Below, in pieces: positions 19,857-31,006 of a stretch of 64,000 nucleotides of DNA. The first letter of the stretch is position 1. The number at the start of each line of letters is the position of its first letter. The notes under the pieces were generated by a model, which did no database searches, was not told where the DNA came from, and saw only the letters and a program-made list of their open reading frames with translations. This DNA is from Tannerellaceae bacterium (lineage in GTDB: Bacteria > Bacteroidota > Bacteroidia > Bacteroidales > CAMTPD01). Location of the stretch: contig JBOGCF010000057.1 of assembly GCA_051656605.1 (NCBI GenBank), positions 307 to 64,306 on the forward strand, in the 5' to 3' direction. The position numbers and the translations under genes are program-made.

Positions 19857-20965
19857 TTCTTTTCTATGATTGCCACGATTTCGTCTACAATGCGATCAGC
19901 CGACTTGTGCTGAGCCATTGTTTCAATATTTCGTGATAAAGTTTTGAGTTTATTATTATCAGCAACAACCTTCAAAGCAGTGTCTATTAATATAGCCTCT
20001 GCTTCTTTGTCCGTAACAAGGACAGCCGCGTCTTTTTTCACCAAAGCCAATGCATTTTTAGTTTGATGATCTTCTGCTACGTTTGGAGAAGGGACCAATA
20101 TTACAGGCTTTCTTAATAATGCAAACTCTGAAATTGATCCTGCTCCTGCTCGTGAAATAACCAAATCAGCCACCGCATAAGCATAATCCATATGGGTAAT
20201 GAAGTCTTGTGCATAAACCGGAATGCCATGAAACGGTTTGATAGCTTTTAAAGCATCTTCGTAGTAGTTTTTACCTGTTTGCCATAAGATCTGTATTTCC
20301 GATTGATCTAGTTTGTCCAGATGCTTAATCACACTCTGATTGATTGTACGGGCACCGAGGCTACCACCAAGAATCAGAATAGTTTTTTTATTTGGATCCA
20401 GTTTGAAGTACGCATATGCTTCAGTTTTATTTACACGGCTGTCTTCTAGAACTTGTCTTACTGGATTTCCTGTAATTACAATTCTGTCTTTAGGAAAAAA
20501 ACGCTCCATACCATCGTAAGCTACACAAATTCTTGAAGCCACCTTTGCTAGAAGCTTATTGGTAACTCCTGCATACGAATTTTGCTCTTGTAGCAAAGTG
20601 GGGATACCCATCCATCCGGCAATCCTAAGAGTAGGACCACTAGCATAACCACCTACACCAACAGCAATATCAGGTTTAAACTGTCTGATGTGCTTAGAGG
20701 CTATCCATAAGCTCTTACACAATCGCATCAGTACCTTTATGTTATTTAATTTATTTGCTCTGTCAAACCCACTAATTGGGAGTCCAATGATTTTATATCC
20801 CGCAGCAGGAACTTTCTCCATTTCCATTCTATTATCAGCTCCCACAAATAGAATCTCCGAGTCTGGAAAACGCTTTTTAAAAGCATTAGCGATTGAGATC
20901 GCAGGAAAGATATGTCCTCCGGTACCTCCTCCGCTTATGATCATTTTATATTTTTTCATTTTCAA
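19853..20965 (-). CDS. murG: Undecaprenyldiphospho-muramoylpentapeptide beta-N-acetylglucosaminyltransferase
   Basis: 370 aa. GGGTGGHIFPAISIA motif. Confidence 0.95.
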   Translation of the reverse strand: MKMKKYKMIISGGGTGGHIFPAISIANAFKKRFPDSEILFVGADNRMEMEKVPAAGYKIIGLPISGFDRANKLNNIKVLMRLCKSLWIASKHIRQFKPDIAVGVGGYASGPTLRIAGWMGIPTLLQEQNSYAGVTNKLLAKVASRICVAYDGMERFFPKDRIVITGNPVRQVLEDSRVNKTEAYAYFKLDPNKKTILILGGSLGARTINQSVIKHLDKLDQSEIQILWQTGKNYYEDALKAIKPFHGIPVYAQDFITHMDYAYAVADLVISRAGAGSISEFALLRKPVILVPSPNVAEDHQTKNALALVKKDAAVLVTDKEAEAILIDTALKVVADNNKLKTLSRNIETMAQHKSADRIVDEIVAIIEKK

Positions 20966-22196
20966 CAGTTGTTTGTTGTTCTACGGTATCTAGTACTGGC
21001 GAAAGTTCTGTCTCTTGAGGCTCTTCTTCTGTTTCATCTTCCTCATCACCGATACCGGCTGCAAATCTACTTACACTTAGAATGATTCCAAAATAGACGC
21101 ATGTAATAATTGTAGAAGTACCACCTCGACTCACCAATGGCAATGGCTGACCGGTTACCGGAATTAGGTTTACCGCAACAGACATATTTGTCAATGCTTG
21201 CAATACCAAAAGCAGTCCACATCCCAATACAAGGAGTTTGGGAAAACGAGTCTCACACTTTCGAGCAATTAACCCCACACGTATCAAGATAAACACGTAT
21301 AGAGAAAGCACAGTAAAGCCTCCAAGCAATCCGAGCTCTTCCATGATAATTGCAAAGATAAAGTCAGAATAAGCCTGGGGTAGATAGTCTCTTTGTTGTC
21401 CATGCCCCGGCATCTGTCCAAATACACCACCGCGGGCAATTGCTATTTTAGCATGAGAAACTTGAAAGTTTTCATCCGTTATTTTTACCTCACCGGTAGG
21501 AGAGGTTTCATGCTTCTCTGTAAAAGACTCGATACGATTCTTCCAAGTCACAGCGCGAGGTAAAACAGCCACAGCATTCTCGGGAAGAACCATAAGTAAT
21601 AAAAGCGCTAAAGCTCCTAAAGCAGCTAAAGAACCTCCAAACTTAAGCAGTTGTTTTATCGGAACCATTCCGATAAACATCATTAGGAAGCATACTACAA
21701 ATAGCATAAATGCAGTGGAAAAGTTATCAATCAAGATAAACGCACATGTTACAAGAATGCCTCCTATGAGCCAATAAAAAGTTTTATCGTGTTCATCATC
21801 GGTACGTTTACTTAAGATGAAAGCAACATAACCGATAAGTGATATTTTGGCAATTTCAGAAGGTTGAAAAGAAACTCCAAATATTGTAAGCCAACGGCTC
21901 GCACCATTCACACTTTCTCCAAATATCATTGCTGCCATAATTAGGAACAAGGAGAGTGGCAAAATAGCCACTAGCGCTCGAAAGAACTTATAGGGAATAT
22001 TATGTAGAACCAGAACACAAGCAAATCCGATTAAGAGGAAAGTGGTGTGTCGTACGATAGGTCCCCAGAAATAGCTATTACGGTACGCGATTGTACTGGT
22101 TGCGCTAAACACTTCAATAATAGAAGTCAGACACAAGAACATAAAAATGATCCAAATCACTCTATCTCCTTTGAATAATTTATTGGCTAAATCCAT
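20946..22196 (-). CDS. ftsW: SEDS-family cell division protein FtsW
   Basis: 416 aa polytopic membrane protein. QPSEIAKI and LPLVSRGGTS motifs. Confidence 0.92.
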   Translation of the reverse strand: MDLANKLFKGDRVIWIIFMFLCLTSIIEVFSATSTIAYRNSYFWGPIVRHTTFLLIGFACVLVLHNIPYKFFRALVAILPLSLFLIMAAMIFGESVNGASRWLTIFGVSFQPSEIAKISLIGYVAFILSKRTDDEHDKTFYWLIGGILVTCAFILIDNFSTAFMLFVVCFLMMFIGMVPIKQLLKFGGSLAALGALALLLLMVLPENAVAVLPRAVTWKNRIESFTEKHETSPTGEVKITDENFQVSHAKIAIARGGVFGQMPGHGQQRDYLPQAYSDFIFAIIMEELGLLGGFTVLSLYVFILIRVGLIARKCETRFPKLLVLGCGLLLVLQALTNMSVAVNLIPVTGQPLPLVSRGGTSTIITCVYFGIILSVSRFAAGIGDEEDETEEEPQETELSPVLDTVEQQTTVENEKI

Positions 22197-22208
22197 AATC
22201 GAATGGGT

Positions 22209-23543
22209 TTATAGATTCTTGACACAAGCTTTAAACTGCTCGCCTCTATCCTCGTAATTTTTGAATAAGTCGAAGCTAGCACAGCATGGCGATAGCAATA
22301 CGCAATCACCGTTATGTGCTACTTTTGTAGCTTCTGCAATAGCCTCGTTCATCGATCCGGTCTCTGTGTATGGAATATCCATGGAGCCGAAAAACTGAAC
22401 AAGTTTCGTATTATCTACACCCATAAAAACAAGGTGTTTTACCTTTTCTCGAACCAACTCCTCAATTTCCGAATAATCGTTACCTTTATCTGTGCCTCCT
22501 AGAATAAGAACCACCGGTTTGGTCATGCTTTGTAATGCATACCAACACGAATTCACGTTTGTTGCTTTCGAGTCATTTACATATTCAATACCATCTACGG
22601 TACCCACATTCTCCAAGCGATGCTCTACACCGTTGAAGTTAGACAAAGCAATACGCAATTGCGTATCATCAACACCTGCTATTTTTGCAGCCGTTGCAGC
22701 CGCTAGCGCATTATACAAGTTGTGTTTGCCCCGCAAAGCTAATTCATTTCGAGGCATAGAGAATGAAGCTCCCTTTACTGCGATTTCAATTTCTTGTTCG
22801 GTAGCAAAAGACCATACATCTTTCTCCTTTGTTTCTGCAAAAGGATAAAGAGTAGGAGTGGATTGTATACGAGGAACTTCAATCTTTAATACAGGATCGT
22901 CATTCCAGAAAATAAAAGCATCAGCCTCTGTTTGATTCTGCGTAATACGCATCTTCGAGTCGATGTAGTTTTGCATCTTATACTCATATCGATCCAAGTG
23001 GTCCGGAGTAATATTCAATAAGATCGCAATATCAGCCTTAAACTGGTACATGTTGTCGAGTTGAAAACTACTCAATTCCACAACGTAGTAGTCAAAGTTT
23101 GCTGTAGCTACCTGCAAGGCAAGGCTGTTACCCACATTACCTGCTAATCCTACGTTATAGTCGGCCAATTTAAGAATGTGATATAAAAGCATTGTTGTTG
23201 TTGTTTTTCCATTACTTCCGGTAATGCACAACATTTTAGCAGAGGTATATCTGCCAGCAAATTCAATTTCAGAAATGATCGGAATACCAGCTGCTTTGAT
23301 CGCTTTGATCATCGGAGCTTTGTCTGGAATACCCGGACTTTTGATCACCTCTGTCGCGTTAAGAATGAGAGCTTCCGAGTGTTGCTTCTCCTCCCACACA
23401 ATATTATATTGATCAAGCAATTGCTTGTAATTATCTTTAATGGCAGATAAGTCGGATACAAAAACGTCGTATCCTTTTACTTTTGCTAAAACTGCTGCAC
23501 CGGCTCCACTTTCTCCGGCACCCAACACTACAATTCGTTTCAT
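22209..23543 (-). CDS. murD: UDP-N-acetylmuramoylalanine--D-glutamate ligase
   Basis: GAGESGAGAA and GSNGKTTTT motifs. I place the start at 23543 (MKRIVVLGAG). The track start at 23615 would overlap mraY. Confidence 0.93.
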   Translation of the reverse strand: MKRIVVLGAGESGAGAAVLAKVKGYDVFVSDLSAIKDNYKQLLDQYNIVWEEKQHSEALILNATEVIKSPGIPDKAPMIKAIKAAGIPIISEIEFAGRYTSAKMLCITGSNGKTTTTMLLYHILKLADYNVGLAGNVGNSLALQVATANFDYYVVELSSFQLDNMYQFKADIAILLNITPDHLDRYEYKMQNYIDSKMRITQNQTEADAFIFWNDDPVLKIEVPRIQSTPTLYPFAETKEKDVWSFATEQEIEIAVKGASFSMPRNELALRGKHNLYNALAAATAAKIAGVDDTQLRIALSNFNGVEHRLENVGTVDGIEYVNDSKATNVNSCWYALQSMTKPVVLILGGTDKGNDYSEIEELVREKVKHLVFMGVDNTKLVQFFGSMDIPYTETGSMNEAIAEATKVAHNGDCVLLSPCCASFDLFKNYEDRGEQFKACVKNL

Positions 23544-23557
23544 ATCACCTAGATTTA

Positions 23558-24817
23558 TTACCTCATTTTTAGGGTTACGATTGTCAATACTGCCAGAATA
23601 ATTCCGATCAACCAAAAGCGAACTACAATCTTAGATTCAGGAATTACTTGGATCGGGCGTTGTATCAAAGCATCAATACCAGCATTACCTGGTTTTTGGA
23701 AGTGATGGTGTAGCGGAGTCATTTTAAACACACGTTTACCCACACCCGTTTTACGTTTCGTCATTTTAAAATAAGCCACCTGTATCATAACCGACAGACT
23801 TTCGGCCAAGAACACTCCGCACAAAATAGGGATCAATAACTCCTTACGGATGATAATTGCAAAAACAGCAATGATACCGCCTAGCGTAAGACTGCCAGTA
23901 TCTCCCATAAATACCTGTGCCGGAAAGGCATTGTACCATAAGAACCCAACAGTTGCCCCGATAAATGCAGCAGCAAAAACCACAAGCTCTTCCGCTCCCG
24001 GTATAAACATGATATTCAGGTACGAAGCAAATTGTATGTGCGACGACATATAAGCCAATATGCCAAGAGCAACTCCGATGATTGCCGAGCTACCAGTAGC
24101 CAAGCCATCTAGTCCGTCTGTTAAATTTGCTCCATTCGATACAGCTGTTACAATAAATATCGTAACCAAAACGAATAAGACCCAGGCTGCTTCTTTTTGA
24201 TAGTCTCCGGCCACCTTTACCAACTCAGCATAATCAAAGTTATTATTCTTCAAAAATGGGATGGTTGTTTTCGTCGACTTGGTGTCAACAGTATGAAAAG
24301 TTGCATGGTGTACTACGTCGTCCTTCATTACCTCTGTATTTTCACGAATTACCACTTGTGGAGATAAGTACAGCGTAACACCTACGATTAGACCAAGACC
24401 AACTTGTCCGATAATCTTAAACTTACCGTGAAGCCCCTCTTTGTCCTTTTTAAACACCTTAATATAGTCATCCGCAAAGCCTAGCGCACCAAGCCATAAT
24501 GTAGTGACAAGCATTAAGATCACATATATATTTCCTAAACGGGCAAAAAGTAAAGTCGGTACTAATATCGAAATAATGATAATCACCCCACCCATTGTAG
24601 GGGTACCCTTCTTCGACATCTGTCCCTCAAGTCCCAGATTTCTCACTGTTTCACCAATTTGAAGATACTGAAGCTTATTGATTATTTTTCGTCCTATAAT
24701 AGTTGAAATCATTAAAGAGAAAATCAGCGCCAAAGCCGAACGAAACGATACGTATTTAAACATACCAGCTCCCGGCAAGTCCAACTGATCTAGATAATTA
24801 AACAAATAATATAACAT
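23558..24817 (-). CDS. mraY: Phospho-N-acetylmuramoyl-pentapeptide transferase
   Basis: 419 aa. [15 protein letters not shown] and FMGDTGSL motifs. Confidence 0.96.
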   Translation of the reverse strand: MLYYLFNYLDQLDLPGAGMFKYVSFRSALALIFSLMISTIIGRKIINKLQYLQIGETVRNLGLEGQMSKKGTPTMGGVIIIISILVPTLLFARLGNIYVILMLVTTLWLGALGFADDYIKVFKKDKEGLHGKFKIIGQVGLGLIVGVTLYLSPQVVIRENTEVMKDDVVHHATFHTVDTKSTKTTIPFLKNNNFDYAELVKVAGDYQKEAAWVLFVLVTIFIVTAVSNGANLTDGLDGLATGSSAIIGVALGILAYMSSHIQFASYLNIMFIPGAEELVVFAAAFIGATVGFLWYNAFPAQVFMGDTGSLTLGGIIAVFAIIIRKELLIPILCGVFLAESLSVMIQVAYFKMTKRKTGVGKRVFKMTPLHHHFQKPGNAGIDALIQRPIQVIPESKIVVRFWLIGIILAVLTIVTLKMR

Positions 24818-24836
24818 AACAAACAGATTCTTTCGC

Positions 24837-26285
24837 TCAAATAAACTCTCTTACTATCTCTCGATCATCAAAGTGGTGTTTCACACCTTTCACATCTTGA
24901 TAATCCTCATGTCCTTTCCCTGCAATTAAAATAACATCACCGGCATTTGCCATCATAATAGCCGTTTTAATAGCTTGTTTACGATCGGTAATACACAACA
25001 CCTTCTTCATCTCGTTGTTGTCTAGTCCGGCAGTCATATTTTCAATAATTGCATCCGGCTCTTCGAAGCGTGGATTATCAGAAGTAAGAATCACTTGTTC
25101 GCTATATTTAACCGATTCCTTTGCCATCAAAGGACGTTTTCCTTTATCTCTATTTCCTCCGGCACCTACTACCGTAATTACGCGTCCTTTGTCACTAAGC
25201 ACCTCATGAATTGCGTTCAGTACATTGGTCAGTGCATCCGGAGTATGAGCATAATCTACAATAGCCGTAAAACCTTTATCAGAGCGAATCGTTTCAAAAC
25301 GACCCGATACCGGATGAAGTGTACTAATTTGTAGTAAGACTTCATTCGGCTCTTCTCCCAGAGCCACAGCGGCGCCATAGACTGCCAGAAGATTATACGC
25401 ATTAAACTTTCCTACAAAGTGTACCATCACCTCAGTCCCGTTTACTTCAAGCAGTGTCCCTTCAAAAAGCTTTTCAAGGATGCGGCCTTTAAAATCAGCC
25501 AACGAACGTAACGAATAAGTAAGTTTGCGTGCAGCTGTGTTTTGAAGCATCACCATGCCCGATTTGTCATCTAGGTTTGTCAATGCAAAGGCCGACTTTG
25601 GTAATTGATCAAAGAACCCTTTTTTTGCTTTCAAATACGCATCAACCGTTTTATGGTAATCTAGGTGATCGCGAGTTAGGTTGGTAAAGATCCCCCCGTC
25701 GAAGTTCAAGCCGCTTATACGTTTTTGGTCTACCGAGTGCGAACTCACTTCCATAAATGCATGCGTACATCCGGCTTCCACCATTTCGGCAAGCAGCATA
25801 TTGAGGGAAATCGGATCAGGCGTAGTGTGTGTAGCCGGAACAGCTTTATCGTCTACATAGTTGCATACCGTAGAAAGCAATCCGGTTTTGTAACCAAGCT
25901 TTCTAAACAGGTCGTACAACAAGGTTGCGATAGTTGTTTTACCATTGGTTCCCGTTACCCCCACTAGTGTAAGGCGATCCGAAGGATTGCCATACCACTG
26001 AGCAGCTAATTTACCCAACGCATCGGCCGAGTTTTTTACCTGGATATACGTAACGGAATCCTCCATTTGTGAAGGCATATCTTCGCATACCACAGCTGTT
26101 GCACCTTGCTCAATAGCTTTGTTAATATATTCATGACCATCGTTTGCTGTCCCTTTTACGGCAACAAACAAATGACCTTTTTCAATCTTTCTAGAATCCG
26201 AGTCTAAACCGAAAATATCGATGTTAAGACCTCCTTGGATCACTTTTTCTTTAATTGCTTCGATTAATACGCTTAATTTCATCAT
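24837..26285 (-). CDS. murE: UDP-N-acetylmuramoyl-L-alanyl-D-glutamate--2,6-diaminopimelate ligase
   Basis: 482 aa. [10 protein letters not shown] and DNPR motifs. Confidence 0.95.
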   Translation of the reverse strand: MMKLSVLIEAIKEKVIQGGLNIDIFGLDSDSRKIEKGHLFVAVKGTANDGHEYINKAIEQGATAVVCEDMPSQMEDSVTYIQVKNSADALGKLAAQWYGNPSDRLTLVGVTGTNGKTTIATLLYDLFRKLGYKTGLLSTVCNYVDDKAVPATHTTPDPISLNMLLAEMVEAGCTHAFMEVSSHSVDQKRISGLNFDGGIFTNLTRDHLDYHKTVDAYLKAKKGFFDQLPKSAFALTNLDDKSGMVMLQNTAARKLTYSLRSLADFKGRILEKLFEGTLLEVNGTEVMVHFVGKFNAYNLLAVYGAAVALGEEPNEVLLQISTLHPVSGRFETIRSDKGFTAIVDYAHTPDALTNVLNAIHEVLSDKGRVITVVGAGGNRDKGKRPLMAKESVKYSEQVILTSDNPRFEEPDAIIENMTAGLDNNEMKKVLCITDRKQAIKTAIMMANAGDVILIAGKGHEDYQDVKGVKHHFDDREIVREFI

Positions 26286-26293
26286 ACAAGAGT

Positions 26294-28441
26294 TTATTTT
26301 AAAGTCAATGAAATTGATTGTCCTTTTGAAAATTTACGACCAGCCGGTATCGATTGCGATACTACCTTGCCACGTCCCGAGATAGAAACCCTTAGGCCGA
26401 TACTCTCTAGAGCATAAACGGCATCTGTAGCTCCCATACCCGTTACTTTGGGCACCAATTCGTCACTTATATTGAGATCAGTTAATATCGCTTTATCCTC
26501 GGGCATATCTACATCTACCCAGTTGGTTTCCACATCATCGTCGTTGCATCGCACGTTGAGCTTATCCAGAGCATATTCCAGTTTGCTGTAGTAGCCTGTC
26601 TTAATCTGAGGTTGTGGAGCCCACACTGTATCTGGTTCCAGATCTGAAGGTTTCAGTTTAATATTACTACCAAATACTTTTTCTGCGATATTCTTCGCAA
26701 TCGGACCACAAATACCTCCTGCCGAAGGATAAGCCTTACGCGGGCGTCTCATGGTGATGATGAATGAATACTTCGGATTCTCTGCCGGAAAATATCCCGC
26801 GAAAGTGACCTGGTGACTTTTGCCTCCGGCCTTATATCCCAGTGCCCCTTGAGAGATCTGAGCAGTTCCGGTTTTTCCTGCAATCCGAATCAACTCCGAT
26901 TTAGCAGCTTTACCGGTACCATTCTCAACCACTCCTACAAGCATCGAACGTATTTGTTTCAATGTTTTATCCGAGCAGATTGAGTTTTTGATTGTTTCGG
27001 TGTCAAAAGCTTTGATGATACGACCGTTTTTTTGGATATCCTTTACAAAGAAAGGCTTCACCATGCAACCATCATTCGCGATGGCATTAAAAAACGACAA
27101 CATATATATTGGAGGCACTTGTGTTTCGTAGCCAAACGACATCCAAGGCAAAGACAGTTTTGACCAATGCGGATTTTCAGACGGACGTCTGATCTTCGGT
27201 TTACCGGCACCCGGAAGTCCTAAGTCCATCGGTTGTGCAAAACCAAGATCCTGAATCTTCTGTACAAAGCGCTCCGGATCATTCTCGTACGCCCTTAAAA
27301 TAATTTTGGCCGTACCAATATTCGAAGAGTTCCAGATTGCTTCTTCAGCGGTAAGCATGTGATATCCCCCTTTGTTCCAGTTGTGGTCGGTCATCTTTGC
27401 ACCTTTGTACATGAAGATCCCCGATCCCGTATCCACCGAATCTTGAGGACTAACCACTCCATCTTCCAGAGCTACCATCATCGAAGCCACTTTAAAGGTC
27501 GATCCCGGCTCCACCTCGTCGGCAATCGCATGGTTCATACTTTCGGCATACACCCCTTCGCGTACCCGTCCCATGTTGGAAATTGCTTTCACCTCGCCTG
27601 TTTTCACCTCCATCAGCACTACCGTACCATAGTCGGCATCTACTTCCGAAAGCTTATCCATCAGCGCTTTTTCTACAATATCTTGAAGTTTTAAGTCGAT
27701 CGTAGTACGAATGTCGACCCCATCTACAGGCTCTTGTTCAATTACACGTGCCCAGCCAACCCCCAGTTTGATGCGGGTAGCATAGCCGTGTTGTCCTTGC
27801 AGTAGCGAGTCATAGGCCATTTCTATACCATTCTTTCCTTTACTGGTACCATCTTCTTCAAGTTCTCCGTAGATATCTCCAATGGTACGAGAAGCCAAAG
27901 TGCCATACGGTTTCTGTCGTTGTACCATTTCTTTGTAGTACAAGCCACTTCGGTTTCTACCCTTGTTGAAAAACGGAAAAGTCTGAACCTCTTTCAAGTC
28001 CAGATATGAAACTTTATTCTCATAAAGCGGATAGTTGCGGCTCTGCCGGTTGTATCCTTTTAAGATATGTTGTTTGTAAGAAGCTGCTGATCTATTTTTA
28101 AATTTCTTGGAAAGCGCAAGAGCCATCGAATCGATATACTTGTTGAGTGTATCCTTACTGAGGCCGTCGGCTTTAAAGTCCATGTACAGATAATAGCGAG
28201 GCACACTCGTTGCCATCAGCTTACCGTCACACGAATAGATATTACCTCTGTTGGGATATACTTTTACTTTGACTGCCTTTTGCTTTTCGCCCAGTTCACG
28301 CCATTTGTCTCTCTCTACAATCGATACCTGAAGCGCTCTGAGAACAATACCAACCACCACAAACATAAGTGCAACCACTATGATTAAGTAGTTTTTGAGC
28401 ATGCGGCTCTCTTTGTTTTGATTCTCTTTTTCCATGTTCAC
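26294..28441 (-). CDS. ftsI: Penicillin-binding protein 3 / FtsI transpeptidase with C-terminal PASTA domain
   Basis: 715 aa. STFK, SSN and KTGT motifs, plus a C-terminal PASTA-like segment. Confidence 0.92.
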   Translation of the reverse strand: MNMEKENQNKESRMLKNYLIIVVALMFVVVGIVLRALQVSIVERDKWRELGEKQKAVKVKVYPNRGNIYSCDGKLMATSVPRYYLYMDFKADGLSKDTLNKYIDSMALALSKKFKNRSAASYKQHILKGYNRQSRNYPLYENKVSYLDLKEVQTFPFFNKGRNRSGLYYKEMVQRQKPYGTLASRTIGDIYGELEEDGTSKGKNGIEMAYDSLLQGQHGYATRIKLGVGWARVIEQEPVDGVDIRTTIDLKLQDIVEKALMDKLSEVDADYGTVVLMEVKTGEVKAISNMGRVREGVYAESMNHAIADEVEPGSTFKVASMMVALEDGVVSPQDSVDTGSGIFMYKGAKMTDHNWNKGGYHMLTAEEAIWNSSNIGTAKIILRAYENDPERFVQKIQDLGFAQPMDLGLPGAGKPKIRRPSENPHWSKLSLPWMSFGYETQVPPIYMLSFFNAIANDGCMVKPFFVKDIQKNGRIIKAFDTETIKNSICSDKTLKQIRSMLVGVVENGTGKAAKSELIRIAGKTGTAQISQGALGYKAGGKSHQVTFAGYFPAENPKYSFIITMRRPRKAYPSAGGICGPIAKNIAEKVFGSNIKLKPSDLEPDTVWAPQPQIKTGYYSKLEYALDKLNVRCNDDDVETNWVDVDMPEDKAILTDLNISDELVPKVTGMGATDAVYALESIGLRVSISGRGKVVSQSIPAGRKFSKGQSISLTLK

Positions 28442-28794
28442 CTATGTATTTCGATAGGAGGAGACGGAGCAATTTGCAATTCACTGCCATAGTTGTTGAG
28501 CAATGTTTCGATCTGCGACTGACGACTATTTCCCGTAAGTTCGGTCGATAAAGACAATGCTCTGAATTTTACGTCTCTCAGTTTTACTTCTAGTTTGTTG
28601 ATTTCGCGTAGCTTTTGCATACAGGCATATCGATTTGCGATCATCAAGAAGGTAAGAACGACGATCAATACGATTATTTTGGTATGCTTTAAGACAAAAT
28701 CCTCTTTGAGAAATCCTCCCCCCAACACATAAGAAGGACTAAGCCGCTTCTCCTTCTTTCGTCCGGGGCGTCTGTTTCTTTGTGTTGTTTCCAT
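28438..28794 (-). CDS. FtsL-like cell division protein
   Basis: 118 aa. Basic N-terminus, a single TM segment and a coiled-coil, located between rsmH and ftsI. Confidence 0.7.
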   Translation of the reverse strand: METTQRNRRPGRKKEKRLSPSYVLGGGFLKEDFVLKHTKIIVLIVVLTFLMIANRYACMQKLREINKLEVKLRDVKFRALSLSTELTGNSRQSQIETLLNNYGSELQIAPSPPIEIHR

Positions 28795-28807
28795 AATATG
28801 CTACAAT

Positions 28808-29749
28808 TTACAGTTTTTCGGCAATACGAAGTTTTGCGCTTCGAGATCTTGGATTCTCTTCGAGCTCTTCTTTGGTTGGCACAATCACTTTATTGTTGAT
28901 CAGCTTAAATGGAGAAAGCACTCTACCGTAGAAGTCCTGCTCTATTTTACCTTCGAAGTTACCCGCTTTTAGGAAGTTTTTCACCAATCGGTCTTCCAAT
29001 GAGTGATACGTGATCACCACCATGCGGCCACCGCTATTGAGTAGTTTTTTCGATTGTTCCAGCATATCCTTCAACGCACCCATTTCGTCGTTTACTTCGA
29101 TGCGCAAAGCCTGAAAGGCCTGGGCGAGGAAGCGCTTCTCTTTATCTTTGCCCACAAAAGGCTTCAAGATTTCAAGAAACTGACCAATGGTTTTAATCTT
29201 TTGTTGTTCGCGTTGCGCTATGATTGCGCTAGCCAATCTGCGAGAGCTTTTGATCTCACCGTACAAGAAGAATACATCTGCCAATTTCTCTGCCGAATAC
29301 GTGTTGAGAATATCAGACGCATTCATACCTGAGCGCATGTTCATACGCATATCGAGAGGCCCGTCGAAACGAAATGAAAAACCTCTGTCTTCGGCATCAA
29401 AGTGGTGCGATGAAACACCAAGATCGGCAAGTACGCCGTCTACCCCTTCTACATTGTGGTACTTCATGAAGTTCTCGATGTATCTGAAGTTGCTACGTAC
29501 AAACGTAAAATGCTTGTTGTCGATGATGTTGCGCTCTGCGTCGGCATCTTGGTCAAAGCCGTAGAGCATTCCTTTGCCGCTCAGTTGCTTTACAATCTCT
29601 TTTGAGTGACCGCCACCGCCAAAGGTAACATCGATGTATACGCCATCCGGATTGATATTAAGTCCGTCTACGCTTTCTTGCAAAAGAACAGGTTTGTGAT
29701 AACCGTCTTCTTTTTTGATAGGTTTTATAGTTGAGTCGCTGTTTGCCAT
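28808..29749 (-). CDS. rsmH: 16S rRNA (cytosine1402-N4)-methyltransferase
   Basis: 313 aa. GGGGHS and DLGVSS motifs. Confidence 0.95.
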   Translation of the reverse strand: MANSDSTIKPIKKEDGYHKPVLLQESVDGLNINPDGVYIDVTFGGGGHSKEIVKQLSGKGMLYGFDQDADAERNIIDNKHFTFVRSNFRYIENFMKYHNVEGVDGVLADLGVSSHHFDAEDRGFSFRFDGPLDMRMNMRSGMNASDILNTYSAEKLADVFFLYGEIKSSRRLASAIIAQREQQKIKTIGQFLEILKPFVGKDKEKRFLAQAFQALRIEVNDEMGALKDMLEQSKKLLNSGGRMVVITYHSLEDRLVKNFLKAGNFEGKIEQDFYGRVLSPFKLINNKVIVPTKEELEENPRSRSAKLRIAEKL

Positions 29750-30143
29750 TGTTTTTTATCTTATTGAAGGAATATCGTATTGAAAAACCAAATTGTAATT
29801 TTCAAAATAAACACAAAGTGCTACACTATTTGACTTTATTTGGTTCGTATTCAATACGCTACAAATAATGTATTCTGAATAATTTTTCACGAAGTCTATA
29901 ACAGTTTTACACAAAAAACATACAGAATAGCTTGTAAAATTAAGCATTTCTGTAGTTAGCCCCATAAAATAACAAATTATTTTTCCTTAAAGTTATCAAC
30001 AAGATGTATAATATTTCAACATCTTGAAAAACAAAAGATTATAAAAGAGTGGGTCAGTCGTTGCAGAGACTGAAGATCTGTTATTAATGTAGCCGTTTCA
30101 CGTAAAAAAACATATCATTTATAGCGCTTTCGATTAATAAATA

Positions 30144-30151
30144 TATCTTTG
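30144..30151 (+). promoter_or_regulatory. -7 promoter box TATCTTTG upstream of the acyltransferase pair
   Basis: Exact TAnnTTTG 23 nt upstream of the ATG at 30175. Confidence 0.5.
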
Positions 30152-30174
30152 TTGCCGCAGAATAGATCCAAATA

Positions 30175-30999
30175 ATGGAAAAAGAAGGCGTTCAATTAAT
30201 AAATATAGAGCAAGTTGTAGCGAAAAAGGCTCCAGCTGCATACAAAAAGATTCCCAATTTCGTTTTCAATCTTTTGAAGAAGACGATTCATCAAGACGAG
30301 CTAAATCACCTTATTCTTACCCACAAGGACAAGGATGGAGTTGCATTTATGCAAGCGATGGTAGAAGAGTTTAAACTCAATCTCGAAATTGTAAACGAAG
30401 ATAATATACCTGACGAAGGCAAATTTACATTCGTATCCAATCACCCATTGGGCGGACTAGACGGAATTTGCTTATCGGCTGTACTGGGAGCTAAATACAA
30501 CGGTCATGTTCGATACTTAGTCAATGACCTGTTGATGTTTATCCCTAATCTAAGATCCATTTTCATTCCGGTCAACAAACACGGCGCACAAGCAAAAAAG
30601 GCAGCCGATTTGATCAACAGTACCTATGCGTCAGACAATCAGGTGATCACATTTCCTTCTGGGATGGTGTCACGCAGCACGGATGGGAAGATTGTAGATA
30701 TGGAATGGAAAAAATCTTTTATTCAAAAGTCGATCGAATATCAAAGAGATATAATCCCGGTTTATTTCGAAGCCAAAAACAGCGGAATGTTCTATTCACT
30801 AGCCAATCTTCGCAAGAAACTAGGCATCAAGCTCAATTATGAAATGATTCTATTGCCCGATGAAATGTTTAAAAATACCGGCAATACATTTCGTATTCAC
30901 TTTGGTAAACCCATTCCATGGCAACACTTCGACGAGTCGAAGACTCAGAAGCAGTGGGCTGCATGGGTGAAAGAAATCGTTTACAATCTCAGCAAATAA
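30175..30999 (+). CDS. glsA: Lysophospholipid/PlsC-like O-acyltransferase (glycine-lipid GlsA-like)
   Basis: 274 aa. NHPLGGLDG and FPSG acyltransferase motifs. Paired with a hemolysin-like N-acyltransferase next to the dcw cluster, as I recall for B. thetaiotaomicron BT_3458/BT_3459. Confidence 0.65.
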   Translation: MEKEGVQLINIEQVVAKKAPAAYKKIPNFVFNLLKKTIHQDELNHLILTHKDKDGVAFMQAMVEEFKLNLEIVNEDNIPDEGKFTFVSNHPLGGLDGICLSAVLGAKYNGHVRYLVNDLLMFIPNLRSIFIPVNKHGAQAKKAADLINSTYASDNQVITFPSGMVSRSTDGKIVDMEWKKSFIQKSIEYQRDIIPVYFEAKNSGMFYSLANLRKKLGIKLNYEMILLPDEMFKNTGNTFRIHFGKPIPWQHFDESKTQKQWAAWVKEIVYNLSK

Positions 31000-31006
31000 A
31001 CAGTTT

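Noticed and set aside
29756-29965. 69-aa ORF upstream of rsmH as a candidate mraZ
   Set aside because: It has no similarity to the MraZ DxxxR repeats, it is too short, and it is AT-rich low-complexity sequence.
30094-30109. parS-like sequence CGTTTCACGTAAAAAA (about 13/16 to TGTTTCACGTGAAACA)
   Set aside because: Only the left half-site is intact and the palindrome is broken. It lies 23 kb from parAB. I found no full parS in or near parB by eye.
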